From: Ophelia neglecta
Lineage: Eukaryota
Reading direction: 5' to 3'
NCBI GenBank assembly: GCA_965285935.1
Contig: OZ260665.1
Span: 84,010,001 to 84,074,000 of the forward strand
Length of the DNA: 64,000 nt
Shown: in pieces, positions 35,300 through 48,778 of the stretch
Layout: each line of letters begins with the position of its first letter
Position numbering within the stretch: position 1 is the stretch's first letter
Translations under genes and position numbers: made by a program
Notes under the pieces: model-generated
Databases searched by the model: none
Told to the model about the DNA's origin: nothing
The model's input: the letters and a program-made list of their open reading frames with translations, nothing else

Positions 35300-38064
35300 C
35301 ATAACGTCACCACAGTTCATAGGCATGATATTTTTGTGAATGTTTTTCCTTTACTTATTAAAAGAGCATTCAAATAGAACTTGGGAATATCAAGTACACC
35401 ACCTCTGTCCTTCTCACATTGAAAGTTTGTTTTCATTTTCAAAAATTTTACCCACCCATGAACCATTCATTGCAGATAATTTGCTAATCAAATCAACCAT
35501 CTGAAGGCTTCTGTTTTTTGTATTCACCAATAAGGGTATCACGTTTAATCCTATCTTTTTTACTCCAAACAAAATTATAAATAAGTCTCTGCGCTTGTTT
35601 TATAACACACTCTGGTATAGATATAATACTACAATTATACACAATCTGTGATATACCAAACACTTTTACTATACATATCTTCCCTTTTAGAGAGAGTTCT
35701 TGACTTCCAGACATTTAAAGACATTTCTAATCTCTTTACTTTATCCAATTCTTTTCATTGCATTCTTCCTTTTTGTGTCCTATATATATTCCAGGACATT
35801 TCACACCTTTGTTAGTAAATTGTATTCCATTGAAATATTCTGGAAATCCTTTATAAGACCCCAACCAAATACCTTCACTTTTAGACAAGTTGAGTTTAAG
35901 ACCAGATACCTGACAAAACTTTTCTAATTCTTGACAGGCGTTAACTATTGAATTCAAATCTGAGAGCAGGAGAGTGGAGTCATCTGCATATAAAGATAGT
36001 TTAATCTCTTCACCATCAAAAAGGAAACCTTTTATATCAACCCTTTGTCGTATTTTGGTGGCTAATAGTTCCAACGATAGAATAAACAGCAGTGCAGAAA
36101 TAGGGCATCTTTGTCGGATTACCTTTCTCATCTTGAAGTTTTGTGACAACCAACCATTATAATTAACAATTACCTGAGGTTCATTATACAAGATTTTAAT
36201 CCATTTGACAAAATTGTTGCTGAGGTTAAATCTTCTCAAGGTTTCAAACATGAAGTTCCATTCCAGGCTATCGAATGCTTTTTGAAAGTAAAGGCAAATT
36301 AAGGAGCCAAACTCATTATACCTTTCACAGTACACGTATTCAAAAACATAATGAATTATACATGCATTTACTCCTATAAAACATCCTTTTATGAAGGCAC
36401 TTTGGTCATCGTTAATAAGCCTGTTAATTACTTTTTTAAGTCATTGAGAAAGAGCAAATGCGATTAATTTATAGTTATAATTGCTCAGACTAATGGGTCT
36501 ATAATTTTCTACGTCCACCATCGGTCCTTTCTTATAAATCAGTGCCAAAACTGACTTTCTCATGGATGAGGTGAGCAGTCCAGTTTTAAATGTTTCATTT
36601 AACATGTTCATATAAAACTCTTTCAAGATGCTCCAGAATTTTTTATAAAACTCTGGTATAATACTTTCAGATTCTTACTGGATGTTTCGAGTTCAGTTTC
36701 AAAATGGGTTGACTTAAAATTTTATTTTTAGAGTCAGTTACTGTGGGACATTCTATGACTTCAATGTTTTCCCTTATAGTGTCAGAATTAATATTATTCG
36801 AATTATGTAAATTTTCATAAAATTTGGCACATGTTTGTAAAATTAGGTTATTATCTTCAGTCACATTCTCAGAAACCAGTCTCCCAATGACATTGCCTGC
36901 CTGTCTAGGCTTTTCTAAATTACAAAAGTACTTGGTTGACCTTTCACCTTGCTCGTAACATAAAACTATAGATCTAACAATTGCCCCTTTAGTGATCTCA
37001 TCATACATATCAGAAATTTGGTTCTCCAGAACCTGCCTTCTTCCTTCCAGAAGCTCATTATTAGGGTTTTCTTCAAGTTTGAATGTAATGTCATCAAGTT
37101 CACTTTGCACTTGACACCTTACTTTTTTCTTATTTTTAGCCCTATAGATGGAGTAATTAATAAAATACTCTTTAATGTTTATCTTGAGTATCTCACATAG
37201 CTGTCTACAAATTGTTTGCCCTTTATATTTTTCAGCTGTGTTAATGACCAATTTTTCGACCATTTGACAAGAGTCACTTTCTGATAGTAGCTTTGCATTT
37301 AGTTTCAAATAGCCAGGTCCTCGAGTGAGGGAGGTAAAAGAAAATTTACCAGTTAAGACTTTATGGTCTGGTAGTATAGTACAATCGACTAGGGATAATT
37401 TTTCGAGATTATAGGTAAATGTTGAGCTACACAAGATATAATCAAGTCTGCTTTTGGTTCCATGTTTTTTATCAACATATGTAAAGCATGGTCTATCTCC
37501 ATTTACTTGTTGCCAAGAATCAGATAGGTTGAGATGACGTATCATTTTACTGAAGTGATTTGTGCTTGTATCTCGAGTGTGAGTTCTAGGAATTTAATCG
37601 CATTCATTGGGACAGCAGTTAAGATCCCCACATACAATTAAGTTATTGTGATTCTTTGCCTTACAGGAGATCCATGACATAGATTTTTTATAAGAAATCA
37701 CACCTTGTTTTTTCTGAATTAGCTGCATTCAAGCACACAAGAGATAAAATATTTGTTTCATGTTTTGCATTATTAAGCAATCGCCTTCCATCAGAAGTTT
37801 TATGACAATCGATAATATTGTATTTGAAATTGACACCTAATAAAATTGCAACTCCCCTACTATGGTTTGAATCAGAAGTACCATGAAATATTTGGCCCTT
37901 CCATGTGGCATTGAAATAGGGCAGAAATTTTTCAGTGCAGAATTTTCTTGCAAGAAAGGGATTTGAATGTTCTGATCACAAAGCCACTGAAATACCTTTT
38001 TGCGTTTTACAGTATCATTAAAACCTCTGACATTCAGTGTAGACTAAGTTAAAAATTCAGCCAT
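35300..38064 (-). mobile_element. Decayed L1/Tx1-clade LINE ORF2 (APE endonuclease + RT), antisense in an intron
   Basis: Motifs TLNVRGFND..KRKKVFQWL, SRLDYIL..PDHK, RGPGYLKLN, EQGERSTKYF, NYRPISLSN, QKAFDSLEW, RQRCPISALLF and LYADD, with multiple frameshifts and stops. Confidence 0.92.
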
Positions 38065-39883
38065 ATAGACTGTTTTATCATACAATTACATAGTTTATCA
38101 AATATGAGCCTGCAAAACACAATCTCATATATAGTACAGGTTCTAACTTTTGCCTGATGTGATGATCGGGGGGGAGGGGGGGGGGAGGTCATGAAAAAAT
38201 AATAGAGGAAAAAAGTAGCGGCCGCTCATAGCAGGAACATTTTTTACTGGGGGGGGGGGGGGGGGAGGAGGTAAAGAAATTAATTGTAACCAGGGATTGG
38301 GTGTTCCAGGAGGACACAAAAATTATAACTAGGGATATATCAGATAGATGGTTTTTGGTAGTGTTCTTATTGTTTAGCTGTATTTGGTCAGTTGGAGTTA
38401 GGGCCTACACTGTGGCCGGTGTATGTGTAACTAGGGGGGTGGGGGGTCAAAGAAAGACCAGGTCTGCCCCCCAAATTTATAATGTAATTGAAATATCCTT
38501 GTACTAAGGAAATGTTTCGTGTCAGATAATCATGAGATTTCAGTACATTTAATACCGACCCGTGAAAATCTCTTGGTTTAGGATATTCCTATTACAGGGT
38601 ATGTGAGTGATTCCGTTGTAACACTTACAATTTTTTTCAATTTCAACAGTTTATTGTTACTAAATAAAACACAGAAGAACAATGAAGAATAATGTATAAA
38701 CGCAACAATAAGGCGAAGCTGTAACACAGCTTATTTGCCTGAGCTATATAATAACATAATATGAATAATATATAAATATATAAGGGAGAGAATCAAAAAT
38801 CAAAAAAAGTGCAGAAAAGGAGAAGAAAACACGTACACAGGGAACAACTAACTAAGAATAGAAAAAATTGGAAATCAAGAAGTAGTATTCAGGTGACATG
38901 TCTGGTCCAGAAGTGGGGGCGTCAGTGGGTCGCCAATGTACTACTACACTGTTATGACATCACTAGAAAGCCCTATTTTATTTTTAATTGTAAATCTCAA
39001 GGAGCTCTGCCACAGTAAAGTTAACACAAGATTTTAATTGTATATACCTTGCTTTATTCTTCTTTAGACACAGTAAATATATTAATGCAATAAATACATG
39101 TGATTAGGACAGAAGCACAACATGCTTATAGGTCCCATACTAAATTATATATATATACATTCATAGATCATGGTGCAAAAAAAAAAAAAAAAAAAGTGCA
39201 AAATAAGTAGATTAATACACACAAAAAAAACAACTGCTCATGGCTGATATACAGGATATTTAAAGTCAGTCATTGTGAATACACCCACATGTATCCAGAC
39301 ATATCTATGCATTAACATTTACTATAAAACAAGTAAATTTGGTAGATAAGTCACTGGCTAGATACCAAACAAGAACTCTAGATGTTATACAGCGTAAAGA
39401 TATCCGTACAGATTATGTAAAGCAATGTCTATGGTACAAACTCCTTATCTGTACTTATTGTATATTATATGATTTTAAGAAGCCTTTGCTGTCAACCTAT
39501 AATTATAAACAGTTCCTCCTTGACCAGTATGATGAGAACTGTTCTATTGGAAATTGCTATATATGTGCTAACACCGGTTTTTGAAGCATTAAAATATATT
39601 GCATATTTGTTACTGTTTTATAATTTCCACAGAACCTTAATTATAATGTTATTACTAATGGGTCTACTTAACTTAACATATATATTTAGTTTCAATGTAA
39701 TTAATACTGTATTGCTGTACTCTATGCTCTAGGGGGCGTCCAGCGACTACAGCTTCGGCCATAGTTGGCGTCCTTAATAAATGAATTCAATCAATCAAAC
39801 AAAATAACCGACCCAAAAATATATATTGAATCACTTTGAGATTGCCTTGATTCCCTCTCATCATTCTATTTTTGCTCTTTCAG

Positions 39884-40461
39884 TGAACAGGACCACCGGT
39901 CCTACTGTGTACAGTGAGCCAGCCAGACACCCTATCACAGTGCCTTCCAGCGACCTGCAAGGTCAAATTTCAAGTCACAGTTGGCATGACCTCAGACGTC
40001 AGACAGCCGGTGAGGTAGGCTCCGGGGCCAGCCGCAGCTGGTACGACATGTCTGACAACTTGGATCGTAATGTTGTAAGCAGCAGCCACCGCCAGCCGCT
40101 GGTGCCTGGCAACAACGGGGCACAGCCAGTGTCGAGTCGAAGCTGGTACGATGTCTCCGATAGGACTGTAAACACATACACATGGAGAGACCGAAATCGA
40201 CCAATCAGAGGCAGTGATGGTGGACCTGTATCGAGTCGTAGCTGGTATGATGTCTCTGGTAGTAGTGATGTTCTCTCAGACTATAGAAGGAGAAATAATC
40301 TGTATACTGCTTGTCCCACACCACTGGCTCCACCTGGAGACACACACAGTACTCCTCCACCACCATATAGTGAAGTAGTATATCAAGCCACAGACCCTGT
40401 TCAGAGAGAAGCACCCCCACCGTCATATCAGGATGTGCTGAATCGAGAATCTTCTATTTAG
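39884..40461 (+). CDS. Cytoplasmic terminal exon of the LDLa/TM protein (LDLRAD/PMEPA1-like architecture, 307 aa in total)
   Basis: Acceptor tttgctctttcAG ends at 39883, phase 1. PY motifs PPPPYSEV and PPPSYQDV. Four S-x-SW(Y/H)D repeats. Confidence 0.88.
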
Positions 40462-40540
40462 CCACTACTTCCACTGATACCTCAGTGATTTCTCTTGTAG
40501 GTGAATCTCACAGTTCTCTGCTACAGTATATTAAGAAGTT

Positions 40541-40716
40541 CAGTGGTCCCTGTGATGTAGGGCCACCCTAAATCCATGGAAAAGTGGCCCTACAACACAG
40601 GTGGCCCTCCTTCAGAGGTACTTTTAACATGGAAATGATATGACATGGGTATTAAAAAACGGTCCTGCCATTGGGGTGGCCCTTCATTGAGGGGCCCCAC
40701 ATTGTAGGGACCACTG
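40541..40716. mobile_element. Related CAGTGG-terminus MITE (different subfamily)
   Basis: cagtggtccct ... agggaccactg|ta. Confidence 0.75.
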
Positions 40717-41578
40717 TATTAGGACAAGATGTGTTCTGTACTTCAGTACCAGGGGGGGGGGGGAGGGGGAACTATCTTAAAAAAATGATATGGAAGTTCC
40801 GTGGAGCCTCCAGTGGTATATGGGAGGTCCTGATTTGTGTATGAATAAATACTATCCAATGTAGCTGATATTTTCCATGAAAAGAGCACCCATCATTTGA
40901 TGATTTTTTTTTGCATATTTTGTGCAACTCAAAAATAGATATTATAAATCTGTTAAAAGCAAGATTGGTCTGAAAAGAGACCATATCTGAGTGAATCTGT
41001 CGGATGTTTCGACACAGAGGGGGTCTGTGTTGAAATTAATCTCCAATGCTGCGGATTTTTTTTTTTTGAAAGGCGGCTTTACTGAGCTTACTTCCCAAAC
41101 CCACCAAATATGGGTGTTGACACCCTCATGTTGAGTGGCCCCACCTATTGAATCTCGTTGTCCCTGCTACTGTATATTTAAGTAGTATCCGGCCAGGATG
41201 TGTTTTACCTAGGAATACTGCAAAACAAGGAAAACCTTTTCTAATTAAGAAAATACATTCAATATAGCTAGGTACCGGTTGCCTAGGTTACCACTCACTG
41301 GTTTATGGAATAATTGACCAAAGCATTTTATATATTATTTCATTGCTTGGTCGCCTTAAATTTGCAGTAGAGTAGTTGACTTCAATGGAGGACCAGTAGT
41401 GCACCTGTTGTTTACTACTTACCGTATGCTGTAACCCACTTTTTTAGGGTATTAGTAGTGGTATACAATGTATTCCAAGTTACATTGGAGTCTTTGTCTT
41501 TGTTGCTATCTTTTTAAAGAAACCTATCAGTAAGGCTTTTTTTAACACACTGTTTTGCAGTTCACACTTTAAACCAGA

Positions 41579-41786
41579 GGCCAATTGTTAAAAGATTCTT
41601 GACTTGAAGTAACATATTTTGCTTGGATTTAACCCAAGTCCAAATCAAACTTGACTTGAGCCTAAGAATCTTTTAACAACCCACTTTAGTGTGTCATTTA
41701 ATTTGAATTTGGAAGTTCAATACTAAGTCTGAAACTAGGGAAACAAAGTTCAAGTCCAAGTTTAAGAAGTTTTTAAAAAGCGGCCC
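41579..41786. mobile_element. Probable Harbinger-like MITE
   Basis: Imperfect TIR ggccaattgttaaaagattctt / aagaagtttttaaaaagcggcc. Related sequence flanks the SINE at ~5410-6050. Confidence 0.45.
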
Positions 41787-42304
41787 CTGCAGCTCTGGCA
41801 GTTTAATTTGATTAGCACTTGCCTAGGTTTAACAGGAAAGACGGCAGCCAGCCCGCCCCCCCACAACCCCCGTGCCCCACCCCCTTCCCTCATTAAATGT
41901 TTGTCATTAGAAGCCATAAGCAACTCTATATCACAAAATAAAAATGATTCAACCACTGCAACTTAAATTTCATATATTCCCAATGCAAATGTGAAGTAGC
42001 CACAATTGAAATATATTTTCATACTACCCCGGTAATTGAGTCTTTATAATAAAGTCGGAAGCAACTGAAACCTCGCAGTTAATGGCACTACTTAAAGAAA
42101 ATACTTCTTGAAATCATTCAGGTAAAATTCAATGCAGGAATTAATTAAGCGTCAACCCCAATATTCATGTTAGTAGTAATGGTAGCTTTATTTCAACTCT
42201 TAGAATATGTTTAATAATATTCAGAGCCATACGAATGTATGATGCAACAGTCAATCTCTGTAAAAGGTACTTTATTTAAAGACCTTGGGAGAAGGGAGAG
42301 AGGG

Positions 42305-42745
42305 AATATGAGTACTTAAGTAACAATATGAGTACTTAAGTAACAATATGAGTACTTAAGAAATGGTAGGATTACTTGAGTAACAAAATGTGTACTTGAG
42401 TATAAGTACGAGTACTTGAGTAACAATATGAGTACTTGAGTATAAGTATGAGTACTTGAGTAACAATGTAGTTACTTGGGTTACAATATGTGTACTTGAG
42501 TAACAATATGAGTACTTGAGTAACAATATGACTACTTAAGTAAAGGTAGGATTACTTGAGTAAGAATATGAGTACTTGAGTAAGAATATGAGTACTTGAG
42601 TTACAACCCGAGTAGTTGAGTAACAATATGAGTACTTAAGTAACGGTAGGATTACATGAGGAACAACATGAGTACTTGAGTAACAATATGAATACTTAAG
42701 TAATGGTAGGATTGCTTGGGTTACAATATGAGAACTTGAGTTTCA
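42305..42745. repeat. 20-bp minisatellite, ~22 units, palindromic AGTACT core
   Basis: aatatgagtactt(g/a)agtaac repeated with variants. Confidence 0.95.
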
Positions 42746-42952
42746 ATAAAAATTAAACCACTAGTTCCACTTGGTGGTTTGGTGTATGCCAGTGTTTAAT
42801 CTAATAGTTTTGTTATTATGACGAAGGAAATGTTTAGGCGTCTATGTTCATGTCCTGCTTGAATAAAAAGATGAAATTTAGTAGACTGGCACAGTTTTTG
42901 GTTATCTACTAGTCTCTGGTTAGTTATAAGGCTGCTGCAAGAGGGCAATAGA

Positions 42953-43120
42953 TTGGTTGGTTGGTTGTTTAGGGTTTTACGTAGCTTTGTATATCTATCT
43001 GGTCATATCGCCACGATGCCTACTTGTGACAGTGGGCTAAATGCCCTCTTTAGAGTGCTGCCTGACTGGAGTACCTGCCATAGACCCCAGACAGGGAACC
43101 CCACCCAGTCACATTATACT
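42953..43120 (-). mobile_element. 5'-truncated SINE with 8-bp TSD
   Basis: TSD gcaataga at 42945-42952 and 43121-43128. Confidence 0.9.
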
Positions 43121-43391
43121 GCAATAGAGGGGAAACATTGTCTATAGATTTTCTGTCTAAGGGTGTTGATTTGATTACATCTACTGCCCAGTAAGTCCAT
43201 AGTAACAGTTTGAACCCCTCCAACTGACACAGGATATTATCTGCTGCAGTCTGGCAGTTTGTCCACTGGATTGCCAAATCCAATTGATTTAAATTTTCCC
43301 AGCAGCGTGGTGGCCGGTGTATGCAATTGGCTGCGGTATACCATTGGCTCAAACGAGTGGGCTTTTGTTTGAATAAGGCTATCAACATGTT

Positions 43392-43584
43392 GGGTTGGTT
43401 TCTGAAGGCGGTATTTACTATTGGATTAAATTGGAATTAAAGTGCTTAATCTTTAATTGCCAGTCAGGGTTTCTGAAAACTGGATTTGGTTTTGTCAATG
43501 GAAACAGTGATTAACACTGTTTCAGCTAAAAGGTAATAGGCTAATCTTATCCAAAAGGCTAATACCACTTTGAAAACCACGCCC
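43392..43584. mobile_element. Probable Harbinger-like MITE
   Basis: Imperfect TIR gggttggtttctgaaggcggtatt / aataccactttgaaaaccacgccc. Confidence 0.45.
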
Positions 43585-44077
43585 AATCCATCTGCTATAA
43601 ATTTATAGGGTATTATTGATTTTTAAGTGAAACAGTTTGCGATTTTTTTTTATAACTTTTGACTTGCTTAATTGCACTTGTTTTCATGTACCAAATGGTA
43701 CATATACACAGATGTATTTATATTCTTAATGTAAGATATGTTTCTCCGAGTTGTTTAATGATTTCAGACTCACCAAATTAACCCTGGCCAAGTAGAATAC
43801 CGTCTGCTATGAAATAATCAAAATACTAAAAAAAATGCTGAGCTGTGTGCATTTGAATGTTTTGATAGGAGACTTAATACTATATGTATTAAATTTATAT
43901 TTATATGATACACAGACAACTTCATAACCGTAAATTACGGATGTAATTTCACTGAAGCCAGGGTAATGTTACATGCATTTAGATCTACCTGTTCTCTGTA
44001 GAAAGTGCCCAAGGCAGTTAGAAACTCAATGGGCTGTACTATCACATAAAGGCAAGGTAGCTTTAGTAATATCAATA

Positions 44078-44586
44078 TAGTGAAACCTGCCTTGAAGGCA
44101 ACCTGCCAATTCACCACTTATATGAAGACCACACTATGATTTATCAGTATTGAATGACCTATATAAACAGACCACCTCTAAAATCAGACTAGTATTGTCC
44201 AGTTCCTTGGATTGTCTCAATTCACAGGTTTCAATTATTATTTATAGTTCTCTTTTTTGTTCACTTCTGCCCGCTCCAGTCTACTTCTACAGAGGTATAC
44301 GGGGAAGGCTGTCTGCAGACAGAGTTAAAACGGTTGGTAAAACACAACTGATTGATCGTTTTTGTCACATTCAGTATTAGTGGCATTGCCATGCTGGCAT
44401 AATATGTACAGTGAAACCTGCCTTAAAGACCACCTCTATAATCAGACCACCTGCCTATTCAGACCACTAATATGAGGACCATACTGTATACTTTCAATGT
44501 TAAATAACCTATCTAAACGGACCACCTCCTAAATCAGACCAGCATTTTTCAGTCCCTTGGGTGGTCTTAATTCACAGGTTTCACTG
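44078..44586 (+). mobile_element. Two CAGTG MITE copies (44078-44236 degraded; 44409-44586 near consensus)
   Basis: ta|cagtgaaacctgccttaaagaccacc...caggtttcactg|ta. Confidence 0.9.
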
Positions 44587-46139
44587 TACTCTGTGTCTCC
44601 ATTTAATACAAACACTTAATGTTCGTGGCAGTTTAAAAAGTAAAATGTTCATTAAATTTGCAAATTTTGAGAGAAAGCACTCTGTCATAATATTTAAAAC
44701 TTGTGAATATTGTATTCACATGTATCTAAGGGCCTACATATCTTAGAAGCCGCAGACTGACATTTTTGCAAAAGTGCGCATTTAAACCCATACGAGCATT
44801 TTTATCGTTACAGTATCAGACTAATACATGTACTTTGTAACCCCCGAAATTTCATGAGGAAGAAAATTTTGAAACTGCTGGAAAATATGCAAACATTTCC
44901 TGCACATACATAAAACAATATGGATGGTTTGCCATTTAGGTAGATCTAATTCAACAGTATGGGGCAGTCTGCAAATGTTTCATGGGCCAGATTGTGGCTA
45001 AATCTGAGATGGTTTTACTGTAGCAAACATTTCATGTGTAAAACTATTAGATTTTGGCCTGTAGTTGTGCTATATTGTGATATTTATGTGTTTGGCTAAT
45101 GCAGCTGTGTGTCTTTTTATACATTAACTGGTCAGTTAATTTTCAACTATTTTGTTGCCAAAGAACCCTGGTTGAGGGAACTACAAGTGTTCTGCTAGCA
45201 AAGGTTGTTTTTCTCTTACTCCATTTCTTTAACAGATGTCCCACATCAAGGACCTTTTTTCTGACTATTCACTCTAAAAGTAGTGTCAGAGAGTTGATAA
45301 TATAATATTATTTAATATTTATGCCTGTAAAGGCACCATGAGTCCTCTTTTCTAGTGTTATTTTAGGCAAGGCTAATTTTCCAAAGACCTTTCTTACAAA
45401 GTTTTGATTTTGTGTCAGATTTCCCTTACCAAGGATTCATTTTTTGTTAGATTTCCCTGAACAAGACTATGGTTTTGCACCTTAGCCAAGAGTATGGTCT
45501 CCAAACCTGTATTCAAATAATTTTTTGGAAGAGCCCTCCACAAACTTGATCCTAAGTCAACATACAGCCAAACAATGCTGCATTTACAATGTGTTTATTT
45601 TTGTTTTTATAAATATTGCAAACAAATTGTTGAGGTATTGTGTTACAAATTTACAATTGAAAAAACACTGTTATTATACACTGTGTTACGAATTGAATGG
45701 ACAACATATTCTGTGCTACAACTTGCATAATAAAAATGGTAATTAAAACAACACATGTTTTTTTACTCAAATAGACATATAGCAGTTATTAATAGTACAA
45801 ACATAGGAAATTACATTGTATAGATCCTTTCCATTTTTTGGTGGGGGTGGGGGTTGGGGGATGTTTCTCAAAGCAGATTGCATATTTTGTAAAATAAACA
45901 AGGACAAAGCTATAAAACGACCTGTTTAGGTTTCAATTCCCAGGTTTCACTGTTTATACATACTGCAGTATGATGATTAATTTGTTTTCGGGCCAGTCTT
46001 GGAAAGATTCAATTGTGTTTGATTCATCTTCATGTCCGTCTTATACTGTAGAATGGAGCGCTTACCTAAATTATGTGCATATGACTAGTTTGAACCATGG
46101 TTCGTAGGCTACATCACAGAACTTACTTCCTTATTTATG

Positions 46140-46393
46140 CGCCTAAAATGAATGGAAAATGGAAAAGCCTTCACCAAAACTGGTCTTTATGTGGTCTGGG
46201 AATTAAAAGATAATTAATAGAATGAATGTAGATGCCAAGGTAATGCCCCTGGGACAAGTAGGGCTCAGGCATGGCCAGAGATTAGTAGAGTGACTGGTGT
46301 GTTGGTTGTTTGTGGGTTGTTTGGGGTTTTACGTGGCTTTCAACACTTATATGGTCATAACATCACAGTGCCTACTTGTGACAGTGGGCTCAA
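46140..46393 (-). mobile_element. SINE 3' fragment plus ~160-bp flank shared with 5600-5835
   Basis: The reverse complement aligns with the SINE tail and the downstream ...ctaatctctgg.catgcctgagccctactt...aaagaccagttttggt...ttttccattttccattcattttagg. Confidence 0.85.
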
Positions 46394-46862
46394 TTTTTGC
46401 CCCCCATTTTTTCACATTGTTCTTCCACAACGGAATAATACCTGAATGCACTAATCAATGTAAACTGCATCCTGTCAAGTCAGGGAATGTGTCTATATAC
46501 AAGTATAGGCGTTAGACTATATCATTTACCCAAAGCTGTTTTAAAAAACACAAATACAGTTCTTATGGCTAGAGACTTATTATGCTTAACAAACACTGCC
46601 TTTTGAACAATACGGATTTCAAAATTTGTTTTGGGACACCCTCTCACAATTGTCAGCGGCAAAAGCAGGAGGTCAACATCAGATTGATTGATTGATTGAT
46701 TTTAGGGACCCATCTGCACAGATAAAGTCTCTTGAGACAAACAGCAAATGAACAGAGGAATCTATTGTGTGGTCAAACTATTTTATTTCCAAATATGACT
46801 GTCATTAATGACAAATAACAAATAAGACAACTAAAGTATGTAACATTTAAGTTACTCTGATC

Positions 46863-47442
46863 CAACAAGGGCCCCCTGAGGCCAGGAGTGCCCCGCCCCA
46901 GGATCATTTATGAAAAAGTCAATGTCAAAAGGTCACAGAAAGGCCATAGGCCATGTTTGATGGTGCCATCAAATTCCTTGACCCCAGTTTGGTAGTAGTA
47001 TACATATGACATTAGAAGTAGTTGACATAATACATTAAAAGATAGTAGTAGTAGACATTACATAAAAGGTAGTAGTCATAGACATATTACATTAAAAGAT
47101 TGTAGTAGTAGACATATTACACTTAAAAAGATTGGCTCATTATCAACTAAGTTGAAAATTTGCACTAAGTATGTGCTATGGACAAACACCATCTAATTTG
47201 GGAGATCTGTCTATAAAAAAAAGCCCCAGTGGTCAAGGTTCAGGGGCAAAGGTCACAGGTCAAGAAATAGGGCATGTACAGCATGCCAGTACCAAGATGA
47301 TACTACTCATGTTACTTGTAAGATGGTTATCCTGGAGCACAGTTATAGCTCTGGATGCTCTGGACAGACACACAGATGGACAGACTTGGCCTAAACCAAT
47401 ACTATAAGACCCTGACCCCCCTTGAGGGGCGCGGGACTTAAA
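46863..47442 (+). mobile_element. Non-autonomous Helentron (HINE/pearl-like) element
   Basis: Starts aacaagggcccc. Contains aaggtca motifs, an internal ~29-bp tandem array (47010-47125), a gaca/ggac microsatellite, and a 3' GC hairpin ccccttgagggg followed by an A-rich end. Confidence 0.6.
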
Positions 47443-48458
47443 AGTGGACCTATTTAATAAGAGGTCTTATAAGAATGGCAGGGTCTTGTCAACATGAAGC
47501 TGGAACCAAAATACTACTTCTCTGCCAAACACTTTAAGATCTACAACATTTATTTCATTCCTAAGTCTTCTCATGCTACTGGCACACAGCTCATGTACTG
47601 TAAATCCCCTTTTTGCTGGGCCCTTATTTAGGATTTTTGCGAGCATGGTTGAGACTGAAATTAAATAGATTGCAAACATTAAAGGCAAACTATTGTCGGT
47701 GGTTCAAAAACTCAAAAATTAAAGAACAGGAATTAAGTTGCGGTGACTGACATGATAACCACACAAATGATATTAGCCACAAAACATAAGGGTTTTACAG
47801 TATTCTGACAGGCAATCAAAGTAACATCATGCTACATTAAAACGTTGATTTCTTTGTTATCTTATTTATAAATATAAGTAGTTGTAATTATGGCAATGAC
47901 AGTTCAATCTCAGATCATGATAGAAGTACAAAATCAGGCAGAAATATGGAAAATAGGGGGATTTTAGTGATAATTATTGTATTGAAGGGCACTTTTCTTA
48001 CACCTACCCATGGGGGGAGGGCAGTTTTTGTTAAATAAATAACAATGAGGGGGATGGGGGCAAAATCTTTTGTCTGTATTTATTTTGAAAACTCACTGCC
48101 CCCCCCCCCCCCCTTACTGGCCATAAATAATGAACACTCCCTATGATTAGTGTATGGGGGAGGTGTCTTGAAAGCTGCATTATATGGATATAGGGGCAGT
48201 TGGGGTTTTACCGGTATAAAGGTTGCTGCTGACAAGTACTTTAGGGGGGGGGGGGGGGTGTTGGGAGGGGGGGCGGAGGAGGTAATGAAGCCTGCATTAA
48301 ACAGAAATATGCCACACTTACCAACGAATTACCACCCTATACTTATTGCAAATGACCCAAAATCAATACAAATGTCTTTGTGGAAACTCTCCATTTTCAA
48401 AATTCATTGCCGGAAACCCTTTATTTTTGTCTATTGGGGACATTTGGGTAGCTGTCTT

Positions 48459-48778
48459 TGGTTGTTGTTGTTGTTGTTGTTTGGGGTTTTACGTGGCTTT
48501 CAACACTTATCGGTCATATCGCCACGGTGCCTACTTGTGACAGTGGGCTCAATGCCCTCTTTAGAGTGCTGCCTCACTGGAGTACCTGCCGTAGACACCA
48601 GACAGGGAACACAACCCAGTCACATTATACTGACACCGGGTTGATCAGTCCTGATACTACCCCGAAATACCGGGTGCCTGGCAGGGGAGCTATCAGTACC
48701 TATTTTACGTCTTAGGTTTAACGCGATCTCCCACTTGCGAGGCGGACGCCCTAACCATTCGGCCACGGTTTGGTGGTG
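48459..48778 (-). mobile_element. Near full-length SINE lacking the B box
   Basis: Same body as the 13583 copy, with an 18-bp deletion between two cgatc repeats at ~48724. Confidence 0.92.

Noticed and set aside
32927-40461. Assigning the symbol LDLRAD4 or PMEPA1
   Set aside because: The architecture is similar but the Smad-interaction motif and recognisable sequence identity are absent, so orthology is not established.
42305-42745. CRISPR-like array
   Set aside because: Units are contiguous with no unique spacers, there are no cas genes, and the context is eukaryotic. The same applies to 2634-3072 and 59968-60063.
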